A DNA stretch of 64,000 nt from a virus: positions 1-64,000 of the IMG/VR virus record IMGVR_UViG_3300027797_000012; one strand, 5' to 3'. Position 1 is the first letter of the stretch. The number at the start of each line of letters is the position of its first letter. A program made the translations under genes and the position numbers. The notes under the pieces are model-generated. The model was not told where the DNA came from, did no database searches, and saw nothing but the letters and a program-made list of their open reading frames with translations. Positions 28,381 through 36,047 of this stretch are shown here, piece by piece.

Positions 28381-28617
28381 TTAGTTGTTCAGTACATAAT
28401 TGATGATTTCAATAAGCGCTTCGTCATCGTAGCTTTCAGCGTTCTCGTACTCGTCAACAATGTCACTCCACTGCTTAGCAGTGAATTCAATCTCTTCATG
28501 CTCCATGTAAGAGTAGATGTCTTCCGCGTCAAGCTTTGTCTTGATTGTAGGGACAGCGATAATTTCATCGTCAGCCATTCCTTCAAGTCTTTTAAGAATA
28601 TCAGCTTTGGTACTCAT
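28381..28617 (-). CDS. Acidic hypothetical protein
   Basis: GACGGAAGGA SD. Confidence 0.6.
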   Translation of the reverse strand: MSTKADILKRLEGMADDEIIAVPTIKTKLDAEDIYSYMEHEEIEFTAKQWSDIVDEYENAESYDDEALIEIINYVLNN

Positions 28618-28886
28618 GGTAGGTTCCTTCCGTCGTAGGGTGGGCAATCAGCGGAAGAAAGTCTGGTAGGCTCTCGCCTACGGTTTCATGTCCGCTGATT
28701 GCGTAGTACTATTATATCAGGTTTGTTGTTATCCGTACAACTGAGGCTTTTCCATAAAGTCGTTACCCACGAGTATCTCGGTGATACGCTCTAGCTTTTC
28801 GTCTCTGAAGAGTGTCCCTTCAACTACGTCAACTATATCCTTTAGGATAGCTTCATAAACTTCTTCCCAGTTAATGTCTCTCGTCA

Positions 28887-29051
28887 TTACTCCTCCTCGT
28901 TTAGAGGGTAGAGAATATTTCCAAGGTCGATGCCCATTCCGGTGCGAATGATTACCTCATCGCCATCAAGGACTACTGTAGAACCTAAGAGACGTTCTTG
29001 CACGTACTCGCGCAGATGCTCTAGCGTTTGGATGTCACCAAGCTCAATCAT
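28887..29051 (-). CDS. Hypothetical protein
   Basis: ATGA coupling. Confidence 0.5.
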   Translation of the reverse strand: MIELGDIQTLEHLREYVQERLLGSTVVLDGDEVIIRTGMGIDLGNILYPLNEEE

Positions 29052-29251
29052 TCGACTATCTCCCCGCCATACCACTCTTCAAGCACAGGGAACGCTTCGT
29101 CTGTGACTGAAACAATTGCTGTAGGCCAGCCTGAACCATAACCATTCTCAGATGTGAGAATAACTGTTGCGCCTTCAATGGCGTTAATCTGCGCTACTGC
29201 TTCTTCTAGAGTGATATCCTCTGTGACAATATCTAGCTCATAGGTTTTCAT
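29048..29251 (-). CDS. Acidic hypothetical protein
   Basis: Promoter plus SD; GSGWP. Confidence 0.6.
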   Translation of the reverse strand: MKTYELDIVTEDITLEEAVAQINAIEGATVILTSENGYGSGWPTAIVSVTDEAFPVLEEWYGGEIVE

Positions 29252-29287
29252 ATTGTTCCTTTCGTCGTTGTGTATAGAACTATTATA

Positions 29288-29521
29288 TCATGGTTTGAGA
29301 TAAAGTACATCATGCGCGAAAGCTTTTGCGCACTCGCGGCCTACTGGCCAGTAACCTTGTGAGATAGCCTCGCCTGCGGGGTGGGCGATGACTCCTGCAA
29401 TGTCTACATGAACTAGGTAGGAATTCTTGCCTACCTTACGTCCGCACTGTATGCAAGAGGAGTTGCTTGGGTCTTTAGGCTCAACCCAATTAGGGCAGTC
29501 GCCGTATGTAAGCTTTTCCAT
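29288..29521 (-). CDS. Zinc-binding hypothetical protein
   Basis: CIQCGRK...PVGRECAK. Confidence 0.6.
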   Translation of the reverse strand: MEKLTYGDCPNWVEPKDPSNSSCIQCGRKVGKNSYLVHVDIAGVIAHPAGEAISQGYWPVGRECAKAFAHDVLYLKP

Positions 29522-29715
29522 TTCATTGCCTTCCGTCTTAGGTAAAGTTAGTAACGATGAAGGCGCCGTATTGTTTCGGACCCCTGCAGGTGTCGAGTCT
29601 TTAGTTTGGCCACCGGCCGCCCCTTCATCGTTATGGTTTAATTATAACATGGAACTATTATAAAGTACAATAGGAAACCCCTGGCCAGTTTGACCAGGGG
29701 TTCCTTGGGTAACTA

Positions 29716-30060
29716 TTAGATAGTTTTTATGAAGGTGTATGGAGTCTTTACCAGAGTTGCTTCGAAAGCTTCTGGGAAAAGCTCCTGCAGGACCTTGCGG
29801 TCGATTTTGGAATTGGTTGAGTGTGCAAGCTTGAAACGCTCTACACCACCAATAACTGCGACATCCGCGTCACCTAGAAGTTCGCGGAGGGTAGCTTCTG
29901 CTTCCGCCTTCTTCTCTTCGTACGCCTTAATCGCATCCTTCGCGAATGTAAATGCTGCTAGTGCCTTTTCAGTTGCGGCAGCTTGGGCTGTTAGGTCTAC
30001 CTTGCCGGTGACCTTTGTTACTGTAGAGACTTTAGTCTCTGTGATTACGGTGCTAACCAT
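29716..30060 (-). CDS. Coiled-coil phage protein
   Basis: Coiled coil plus IDRKVLQELFPEAF. Confidence 0.6.
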   Translation of the reverse strand: MVSTVITETKVSTVTKVTGKVDLTAQAAATEKALAAFTFAKDAIKAYEEKKAEAEATLRELLGDADVAVIGGVERFKLAHSTNSKIDRKVLQELFPEAFEATLVKTPYTFIKTI

Positions 30061-30130
30061 GTGGTTACTTCCCTTTCGTCATTCTGTCATTTACCGCCGG
30101 GGTTCCGGCGATGGTTTAATTATATCAGGT

Positions 30131-30358
30131 TTACTCGATAAGTAAAACACCACTGGCACATTCAAGACAGACAAGCCAGATGTCGTCATCTTCCTCGACG
30201 CAGATAACACAGGGAGAGAACCGACTGTTGATGTAGCCGATAGCTACGTCGCAGTTCTCACACACTGTGTCATCCGCAGAGAATTCTACAAGATCTAATG
30301 CCTCAGCTTGCTTTGCCTGTTCGGCTGTCTCTACTACATACAATTGAATGTTCACCAT
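30131..30358 (-). CDS. Zinc-binding hypothetical protein
   Basis: CENC...CLEC. Confidence 0.55.
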   Translation of the reverse strand: MVNIQLYVVETAEQAKQAEALDLVEFSADDTVCENCDVAIGYINSRFSPCVICVEEDDDIWLVCLECASGVLLIE

Positions 30359-30379
30359 GGGGTGAACAATAAACGGATG

Positions 30380-31027
30380 TTAGAGAGCTGACTTAAAGAG
30401 TTCCTGCAGCTTCGCCAGCTTGGCGTTTGCCGCATCGAGCTGGGATTGGATCTCAGCAGTACGCTCGGTAACCATTTTCTCAATGAGGTAATCTACTACC
30501 GCGTTTGAGTTTGTCGGTGGTACAGGAGCTACACTGTTGAGCTGAGCGTCTAAGTGTTCGCGTTGGATCTTTTTAGTAGAGTACTTATAGATCTTGCGAG
30601 CTGTAAATTGTTCGGGCTTAAACAATGTCAAGCCAGAGACTGCTTCCGCAACGGTGCGCGGTGGAACGATTCCTGCAGGAGACCAGAATAGAGATGCTCG
30701 CATAGAACGCGCTGCGTTACTTTCTCCGCCTCCTCGTATAGCTCTCTCTTGAGATGTCTCTTTACGAGAAGAGACTTTACCTGCGCCTTGAAGTTCTTTA
30801 AGTGCAAGCCTAATATATGTTTCGTCATACGGACGTTTTGTTTCACGAGAGACGAGCTCTGTGATTTCAAGTACTGATAGCGGCTGAGTCTGGCGTCCTA
30901 ATATAGAGCGAACAGTCTCTGTGAATGTAAGTCCTGGTTTTACCATTGATGATGTAACTGGCGTTGTCCTTTCGTCGTTTATATCTACCGGTGTGGTAAA
31001 CCTAGCTATGTCTTTTAGTTTTGGCAT
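30380..31027 (-). CDS. Winged-HTH-like protein with coiled coil
   Basis: PLSVLEITE...YIRLALKEL..GKV; leaderless start. Confidence 0.6.
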   Translation of the reverse strand: MPKLKDIARFTTPVDINDERTTPVTSSMVKPGLTFTETVRSILGRQTQPLSVLEITELVSRETKRPYDETYIRLALKELQGAGKVSSRKETSQERAIRGGGESNAARSMRASLFWSPAGIVPPRTVAEAVSGLTLFKPEQFTARKIYKYSTKKIQREHLDAQLNSVAPVPPTNSNAVVDYLIEKMVTERTAEIQSQLDAANAKLAKLQELFKSAL

Positions 31028-31169
31028 AGTTGAATTATATCAGGAGGTAGATGAAAATAAATGCAAGACTGCTCCGGAGTTTCTCAGCTAATTAGCTAAG
31101 CCTCTTGACTTTTACTAAGAAGAATAGCTCGAAGGGCATCCCACTTCTTGTCTGTCCGATATGTCCGTT

Positions 31170-31988
31170 TTAAGCGGGATTTTTGACTTCTACTAAGAAG
31201 TGACCCGTAGTCGAGCCGAGTAGCTCAAGCGAAGCTTGATCCGGTACTCCGTTAGCTCTTTCACCAACGTACCCGATTATCCGTTGCCAACGTGCGTAAG
31301 CTTGCTTTGTGCTACCGTCGAACATATCCGTCGTGATATTACGCAGGCCGGTCACCTGTTCAAGCGCAAGCTGCACATGCCCGATGTCTTTATTTCGTTT
31401 ACCAGGCCTGATGCTCGAAAGTAGAATTGTCGCCCGTTGACCCGTTTTAGCTTTTATATCCCCAGGCCTGAACTCAGGTCGAGCGAACCCGATGATCTCG
31501 TGCTCTGACCGTACTCGTCGGTACACACCGCGAGCTGCCGTGTCGCCTTTAGGCAGGCCGCTATTGACCTGGCCTTCAACCGTTCCTACCAAGCCCGTTG
31601 CCGTCCACCTAGATATATCCGTTACCAGGCCGACATGCCCTACTCCAAAATCTGCTGCCGTTGGAAACGTAAAGAACACGATGTCTCCAGGCTGGGGTTT
31701 TAAGTGAACCCGTTGAGCTTTATTAAACTCGGCCAGGCCTGAAGGTGTGTAAACACAACTTGGAATCGTCACCGCACATGAATGGAAGACGAAGTCGATA
31801 AACGCACCCGACCAGATGTTACCGTCATAGCCAGACCGTTCTCCAAAAGGAGTCCGTCCGTTAGGACCCGCTAGGTAGCCGACCCAGCTTTCTGCCGCTT
31901 CAATGACGGGCAGGCTGGCCTCGCTACTGTGCTGCGAGAATAGAGATGATGACTGTATTAAGTCTTGCAGAAATGTTTTCCGCTTCAT
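31170..31988 (-). CDS. CHAP-like plus peptidoglycan-binding protein (catalytic Cys replaced by Ser); start uncertain
   Basis: WSGAF, PQPGDIVFF, GHVGLV, VEGQ, GFARP; C-terminal PGBD. Confidence 0.7.
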   Translation of the reverse strand: MKRKTFLQDLIQSSSLFSQHSSEASLPVIEAAESWVGYLAGPNGRTPFGERSGYDGNIWSGAFIDFVFHSCAVTIPSCVYTPSGLAEFNKAQRVHLKPQPGDIVFFTFPTAADFGVGHVGLVTDISRWTATGLVGTVEGQVNSGLPKGDTAARGVYRRVRSEHEIIGFARPEFRPGDIKAKTGQRATILLSSIRPGKRNKDIGHVQLALEQVTGLRNITTDMFDGSTKQAYARWQRIIGYVGERANGVPDQASLELLGSTTGHFLVEVKNPA

Positions 31989-32109
31989 TCGCCCTTGCCG
32001 ATAAACGGACATGTTCCTCCCGTGTCGCTGCTAGCTCCACGTCGCTGTTTAAGCAAGCCGCGTGCTCTCGCAAAAGAAAGGATATTTCTTCTAGCTCTAT
32101 TTGGTTCAT
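31924..32109 (-). CDS. Hypothetical protein
   Basis: ATGA coupling to the TerS candidate. Confidence 0.55.
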   Translation of the reverse strand: MNQIELEEISFLLREHAACLNSDVELAATREEHVRLSARANEAENISARLNTVIISILAAQ

Positions 32110-33032
32110 TCTTCTTCTGCCCCGGTCTCTTCAGCTTCGATAACATTGGCGTCACTTATACTCCCGTCACTAGTTTCTATTTGAATGCCCGCTTCAGCTA
32201 GTGTCGCAGCTATTGCTAGAGCTCCACTTGCTAATCGGTTTAACCGTTCGTTAATAATATCTGCTGCAGGCCTTGCGTCCGTCACAGTTATATTACCGTC
32301 TAACTCTACACCACCACGGACACCCGCGCGGTCTAGAATCTCCGTAGATGCTTTTAATCTTACTGGCTCTGATACTGCCGATGACATTAAATCTTCAAGA
32401 ACATCAACCGCGTATGGCGCAGCCTGAACTAATTTCTTCCGGGCCCGTTCGATGTCTTCACTTGGGTTCTTCTTGACATGACGAAGATGAACACGACACA
32501 AGCCGTCATCCTTAAGTCTTCCTGATGTCCAAAGCATGCAGCGAATCTTGTCGTCTTTAATTTGTCTGCAACGACTTGGCATTGCCGTCGGCTTACGCTT
32601 CTCACTTACGATTGGATTATCTTGCTCTGCTACCCACATCCGCGTAGCTCCAACTACCCAGGGAGGGACTAGATGATCGGACGCCGCCTCGGCTATTAAA
32701 TCCAGGCCCGTCAGGTAATCGCTGTTCATGTTCTTCGGATCTACGAGGATCGGCTTCTTCTCAGCTAACGAGAGGATACGCCGTTGGGTAACCATGTCCT
32801 TTGACCGTGCCTGAATCAAACCGGTAGGCACGCCGTTTGTTGCGTAGACCGTGTCCCAACCAAGTTGGGAAGATCTTAGGACCGCACGGTTTTCAAATGT
32901 ATCTTCACAGACTCCGCGCTCTACCTCGATGATTCCGAGAGCCGCGAGGTCAGGCCGGATGTTAACCGGAGTCTCGATGATAGGTGTATCATCACCGGAC
33001 TCTTCCTCAAGTAGTGCTGGTTTGTTTTCCAT
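32106..33032 (-). CDS. Probable terminase small subunit
   Basis: RC...RC...LCRVH, ARKKL..AAPYAV..L, VRLKASTEILDRAG pattern recalled from actinophage TerS. Confidence 0.6.
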   Translation of the reverse strand: MENKPALLEEESGDDTPIIETPVNIRPDLAALGIIEVERGVCEDTFENRAVLRSSQLGWDTVYATNGVPTGLIQARSKDMVTQRRILSLAEKKPILVDPKNMNSDYLTGLDLIAEAASDHLVPPWVVGATRMWVAEQDNPIVSEKRKPTAMPSRCRQIKDDKIRCMLWTSGRLKDDGLCRVHLRHVKKNPSEDIERARKKLVQAAPYAVDVLEDLMSSAVSEPVRLKASTEILDRAGVRGGVELDGNITVTDARPAADIINERLNRLASGALAIAATLAEAGIQIETSDGSISDANVIEAEETGAEEE

Positions 33033-33054
33033 AGTTCAATTGTACATACAAGTA

Positions 33055-33110
33055 GAAAAGGAGACAGACTCCATACCGCCGGGGAGAGGACTGGATACGG
33101 AGCCTGTCTC
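33055..33110 (-). terminator. Terminator hairpin with UCCUCUCC loop
   Basis: GAGACAGGCTCC/GGAGTCTGTCTC stem followed by T-tract. Confidence 0.65.
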
Positions 33111-33133
33111 GTTCTTTTAGGTTTAGAAGTTAA

Positions 33134-33316
33134 TTACTTCTTTCGACCAAACGCTGCGTCATTTGGATTTAGGTAACGCAAGACTACTGGGAGCATAGCT
33201 GCTAGACCAGCCTTTGCGATATCCGCTGGATCTGTCACGCCAGCCATGTACACGGCAATTCCTGCGGCAAGAAATGATCTTGCCCATGATGCTGCCATTG
33301 CTTTTAAATCATTCAT
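33134..33316 (-). CDS. Putative holin
   Basis: SWARSFLAA...VLRYLNPND..FGR; two TMs. Confidence 0.65.
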   Translation of the reverse strand: MNDLKAMAASWARSFLAAGIAVYMAGVTDPADIAKAGLAAMLPVVLRYLNPNDAAFGRKK

Positions 33317-33465
33317 GTGTTCTCCTTTTGAGACAGGGTTTGTCTCTAAGGAAATACTACACTACGTCTCGAAGGTTTAGTGGGTGAGAGAGGAGATAAT
33401 TACCCTTAAAAGACCCATGTAGAAACAGAAGTTTTACAAGGGTACCTAACTGCTTCTTTTTATGG

Positions 33466-33675
33466 TTAGTTTTTCTTTTCAACCGTCAAAGCTTTGGGCT
33501 TCCAAGACTTGTTACAGTCACAAGAACACACCCATAATTTCTCGTACCAGGCGATTTCATGAGCGCATTTCTCACATTTAGTGTCTCGACAAAGTCCGCA
33601 TGGAAGCGCAGTGGGAATCACAGTCCGTGTTCCCCACCAGGCTTCCGCACGTAGATCTTTACTTTGATTATTCAA
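33466..33675 (-). CDS. Cys-rich protein
   Basis: CGLC..C..C...CSCDC. Confidence 0.55.
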   Translation of the reverse strand: MNNQSKDLRAEAWWGTRTVIPTALPCGLCRDTKCEKCAHEIAWYEKLWVCSCDCNKSWKPKALTVEKKN

Positions 33676-34336
33676 CTACGTAAATCACTTCCTTATGATG
33701 TTTAACCTTGACCAGTGAATCTACCCAGATCTTGTATCCAGCTTCCTTAGCTCCTTCGCACCATGAGTAGTCTTCACCCATGTTAACAGGGAATCCAATT
33801 TCTTCCCAGTAAACCTCGCGAATCTTGAACCACGGTCTCTTCATGTTTTCAAAGACTCCATGCTTCATAGCCACGAATCCAAAACCTACACCGCCGACCT
33901 CTACGGGGTCCCAACGGAGAAGGAAATCAGACTTGTTGACCTTTGTCGGTCTCCCTTCAGGATCTGTAAGATTAACTGCTACTGTACCGTTTGGGTGAGT
34001 CATGTACACTCCACTGACCACGTCCATCTCGGAATCGTAGATACGCATGAAGTCATCTGGCTCCCACTCGATATCTGAATCAATCCAGAAGATCTTCTTG
34101 TACGAGTACTTTCCTCCGGCAATTTCGTTAGTTGACCAGTCATGACCATACGAGTCAGATGCTACCTGCTCACGGGTAGATGGGATAAACGAACCAGACT
34201 TGTTTAGAAGATGATACGAAATCCCGTACTCATTAAGAACACGAGTGGTAGCTACTAAACTATCAACGTAAGCTGCTTTGTAGGAAGATCCTGGAGTCGC
34301 AATCAAAACGTCGTAATGTTTTTTATCCGTCACCAC
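33668..34336 (-). CDS. GT-A-like glycosyltransferase
   Basis: IATP, FWIDSDI, GFGF, GEDYSWC. Confidence 0.75.
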   Translation of the reverse strand: MVTDKKHYDVLIATPGSSYKAAYVDSLVATTRVLNEYGISYHLLNKSGSFIPSTREQVASDSYGHDWSTNEIAGGKYSYKKIFWIDSDIEWEPDDFMRIYDSEMDVVSGVYMTHPNGTVAVNLTDPEGRPTKVNKSDFLLRWDPVEVGGVGFGFVAMKHGVFENMKRPWFKIREVYWEEIGFPVNMGEDYSWCEGAKEAGYKIWVDSLVKVKHHKEVIYVVE

Positions 34337-34476
34337 TCTGCTCCAATCCAAAAGAAGCACAGATCAAGATCAAACGATTTCTTGTCAAAGCGGATAGCTA
34401 ACGAGAAGTGCTTGAAGGAGTATCCATAATGAAACCAGGTGTTTCCCTTCTTCCCGACTTTAATCTCTTTGTGCAT
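34330..34476 (-). CDS. Hypothetical protein
   Basis: 48 aa filling the gap between neighbours. Confidence 0.45.
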   Translation of the reverse strand: MHKEIKVGKKGNTWFHYGYSFKHFSLAIRFDKKSFDLDLCFFWIGAEW

Positions 34477-34684
34477 TTTTAAGATCCTTCTTGTTTATTT
34501 TTACCCTGGTTGCTTCATCTTCATAGGAGTCACCGTCATAGGTGAATCCGGTGTATTCAACGCCGATGACCCAAGCTTTACCTGGAACTCGTAATAGCTT
34601 GAGCATGAAATCAAAAATTCTGCTCTTCCATTCTGGCATATCAATCACAACGAACACAGGAAGATCTTTTTTCTTCTTAGCCAC
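34460..34684 (-). CDS. Hypothetical protein
   Basis: GTG after GAGG SD. Confidence 0.5.
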   Translation of the reverse strand: MAKKKKDLPVFVVIDMPEWKSRIFDFMLKLLRVPGKAWVIGVEYTGFTYDGDSYEDEATRVKINKKDLKNAQRD

Positions 34685-34685
34685 A

Positions 34686-35162
34686 TCACACCTCAGTTCT
34701 ACAGGAAGAGCATAGAAGAGCATCAAAACCGGTAGGACCATCGGAAGCTCTACCTGAAGCAGAAACTGGAACGGGAACAACCTTGCTGTCGTTCTTCCCG
34801 CAACGAGCACATGCTAGCTCGATAATCCACTCGACGCCCTTACCCGCTGAGATACAAGCGTAAATCCCACGACTCAACGCGTGCATTGCTCCAGCACCTT
34901 CAGTCTTACGAAGGAACATACGAGTATCATCCGCAGTCAATACGGCATGGATCTTCTTGCAAGGGCATAACATCGCAGAAGGTTTACACGTAAGAATTCC
35001 AGCGTAGGTCGTATGCTTTGAAACAGCATGGCCACAAACGCAGATCCTCTTGTCTCGCCCACCAGACTTAGACTTATTCACAATTGCCTTATCCGCTGCC
35101 TCAACCTCATCAAAAGTTAATCCCATAGCCTCAAGGGCGTCAAGGGAATTATCCTGTGACAT
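34686..35162 (-). CDS. Cys-rich zinc-finger protein
   Basis: CVCGH..H, C..CPC, CARC...CSSC. Confidence 0.65.
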   Translation of the reverse strand: MSQDNSLDALEAMGLTFDEVEAADKAIVNKSKSGGRDKRICVCGHAVSKHTTYAGILTCKPSAMLCPCKKIHAVLTADDTRMFLRKTEGAGAMHALSRGIYACISAGKGVEWIIELACARCGKNDSKVVPVPVSASGRASDGPTGFDALLCSSCRTEV

Positions 35163-35349
35163 ACGTGTAACCCATCAAGCAGATCCACCATAGGAATAAT
35201 AAGCTGGAGATAGAATTAACTACCGTTGCCAGTAGCGTAATAGTTCTATTTTCCTTCTTTATAATATGTTTTTGTGTTGTCTTTACCAAGCTTGCTGCTA
35301 CCCAAAGAAAAATAGAAAACCAAAACAGTTTAGATTCAAAGGTATTCAT
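35149..35349 (-). CDS. Two-TM membrane protein
   Basis: GAGG SD; hydrophobic. Confidence 0.5.
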   Translation of the reverse strand: MNTFESKLFWFSIFLWVAASLVKTTQKHIIKKENRTITLLATVVNSISSLLFLWWICLMGYTYVTG

Positions 35350-35562
35350 AGCCCACCTCTCAGAAGCAAGTGCACCTTGTGTACACGAGAAAATAATATC
35401 ATAAAAACTCAACTAAAGTACTACTAAAATCAACTTCTTTCTTTGATTCTTTAATCCTCAACTATAAATTCTAAAGCCCCTAGGGAGAATCTCCTACACG
35501 TAAACTAAATATAGTAGAGTATTAAAGTATCAATATATACTTTATATAGTTTTTTACCCACT

Positions 35563-35666
35563 TACTAAGGCATTCTGTCTCTTTAGTTTTATTTTTCTAC
35601 CTTAGTAAGCCTCTCTGGCAGTACTAAGGCAAAACAGTACTTCTCTCACTCTTTTCTACCTTAGTA
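35563..35666. repeat. Two tandem TACTAAGG-N29-CCTTAGTA units
   Basis: 35563-35607 and 35622-35666, in an AT-rich strand-switch region. Confidence 0.7.
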
Positions 35667-35768
35667 TCTTTTTTATCACTTTTTCTTTATTTCTCTCTTC
35701 TTTCTCTTCTTCTCATTTTTCTTCTCATTATAAGACACATTGCGGTGATAAGATGATAAAATTCCACC

Positions 35769-35999
35769 ATGAGATCCGAACAAACGGTGGACTTTAATAC
35801 CACCATGAGTCGAGTATCTGCCTGTACTATTACGGTCCGTCAGACCATGCAAGATCTAATTGATCCATACTTTCTTGACCAACGAGCGGATCTACTCATA
35901 GCCGTTCAAGACTTACTCAATGACGCCACACGACTCTACAACATCGCATCCGAGATCGCCTGGTCCGAGTCAGATGAAAAGGCCGAGCAAGAACAATAG
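35769..35999 (+). CDS. Hypothetical protein
   Basis: TAAAAT-N6-ATG leaderless start. Confidence 0.55.
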   Translation: MRSEQTVDFNTTMSRVSACTITVRQTMQDLIDPYFLDQRADLLIAVQDLLNDATRLYNIASEIAWSESDEKAEQEQ

Positions 36000-36047
36000 G
36001 AGAGAAATAAAATAAATCGCAAAGCTCAACGTGGGGGAGAGCACGCG

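Larger units (their letters stand above)
11421..31044 (-). promoter_or_regulatory. Family of about 23 repeated early promoters, (TTGTAC)-N-CCTGA/CATGT-TA(T/C)AAT
   Basis: Lowest coordinate of -10 boxes: 11427, 11613, 13197, 14678, 15707, 17333, 17565, 19301, 20033, 20699, 20967, 21302, 22565, 22929, 23447, 26386, 26702, 28365, 28711, 29282, 29641, 30119, 31034; most followed by ACGACGAAAGGA or GACGGAAGGA SD. Confidence 0.85.

Noticed and set aside
29553-29632. Hammerhead ribozyme
   Set aside because: CGAAA is present but the CUGANGA core is absent (CUAAAGA).
35742-35750. Identity to the lambda operator half-site TATCACCGC
   Set aside because: No palindromic partner and an unrelated phage group; kept only as a k-mer observation.
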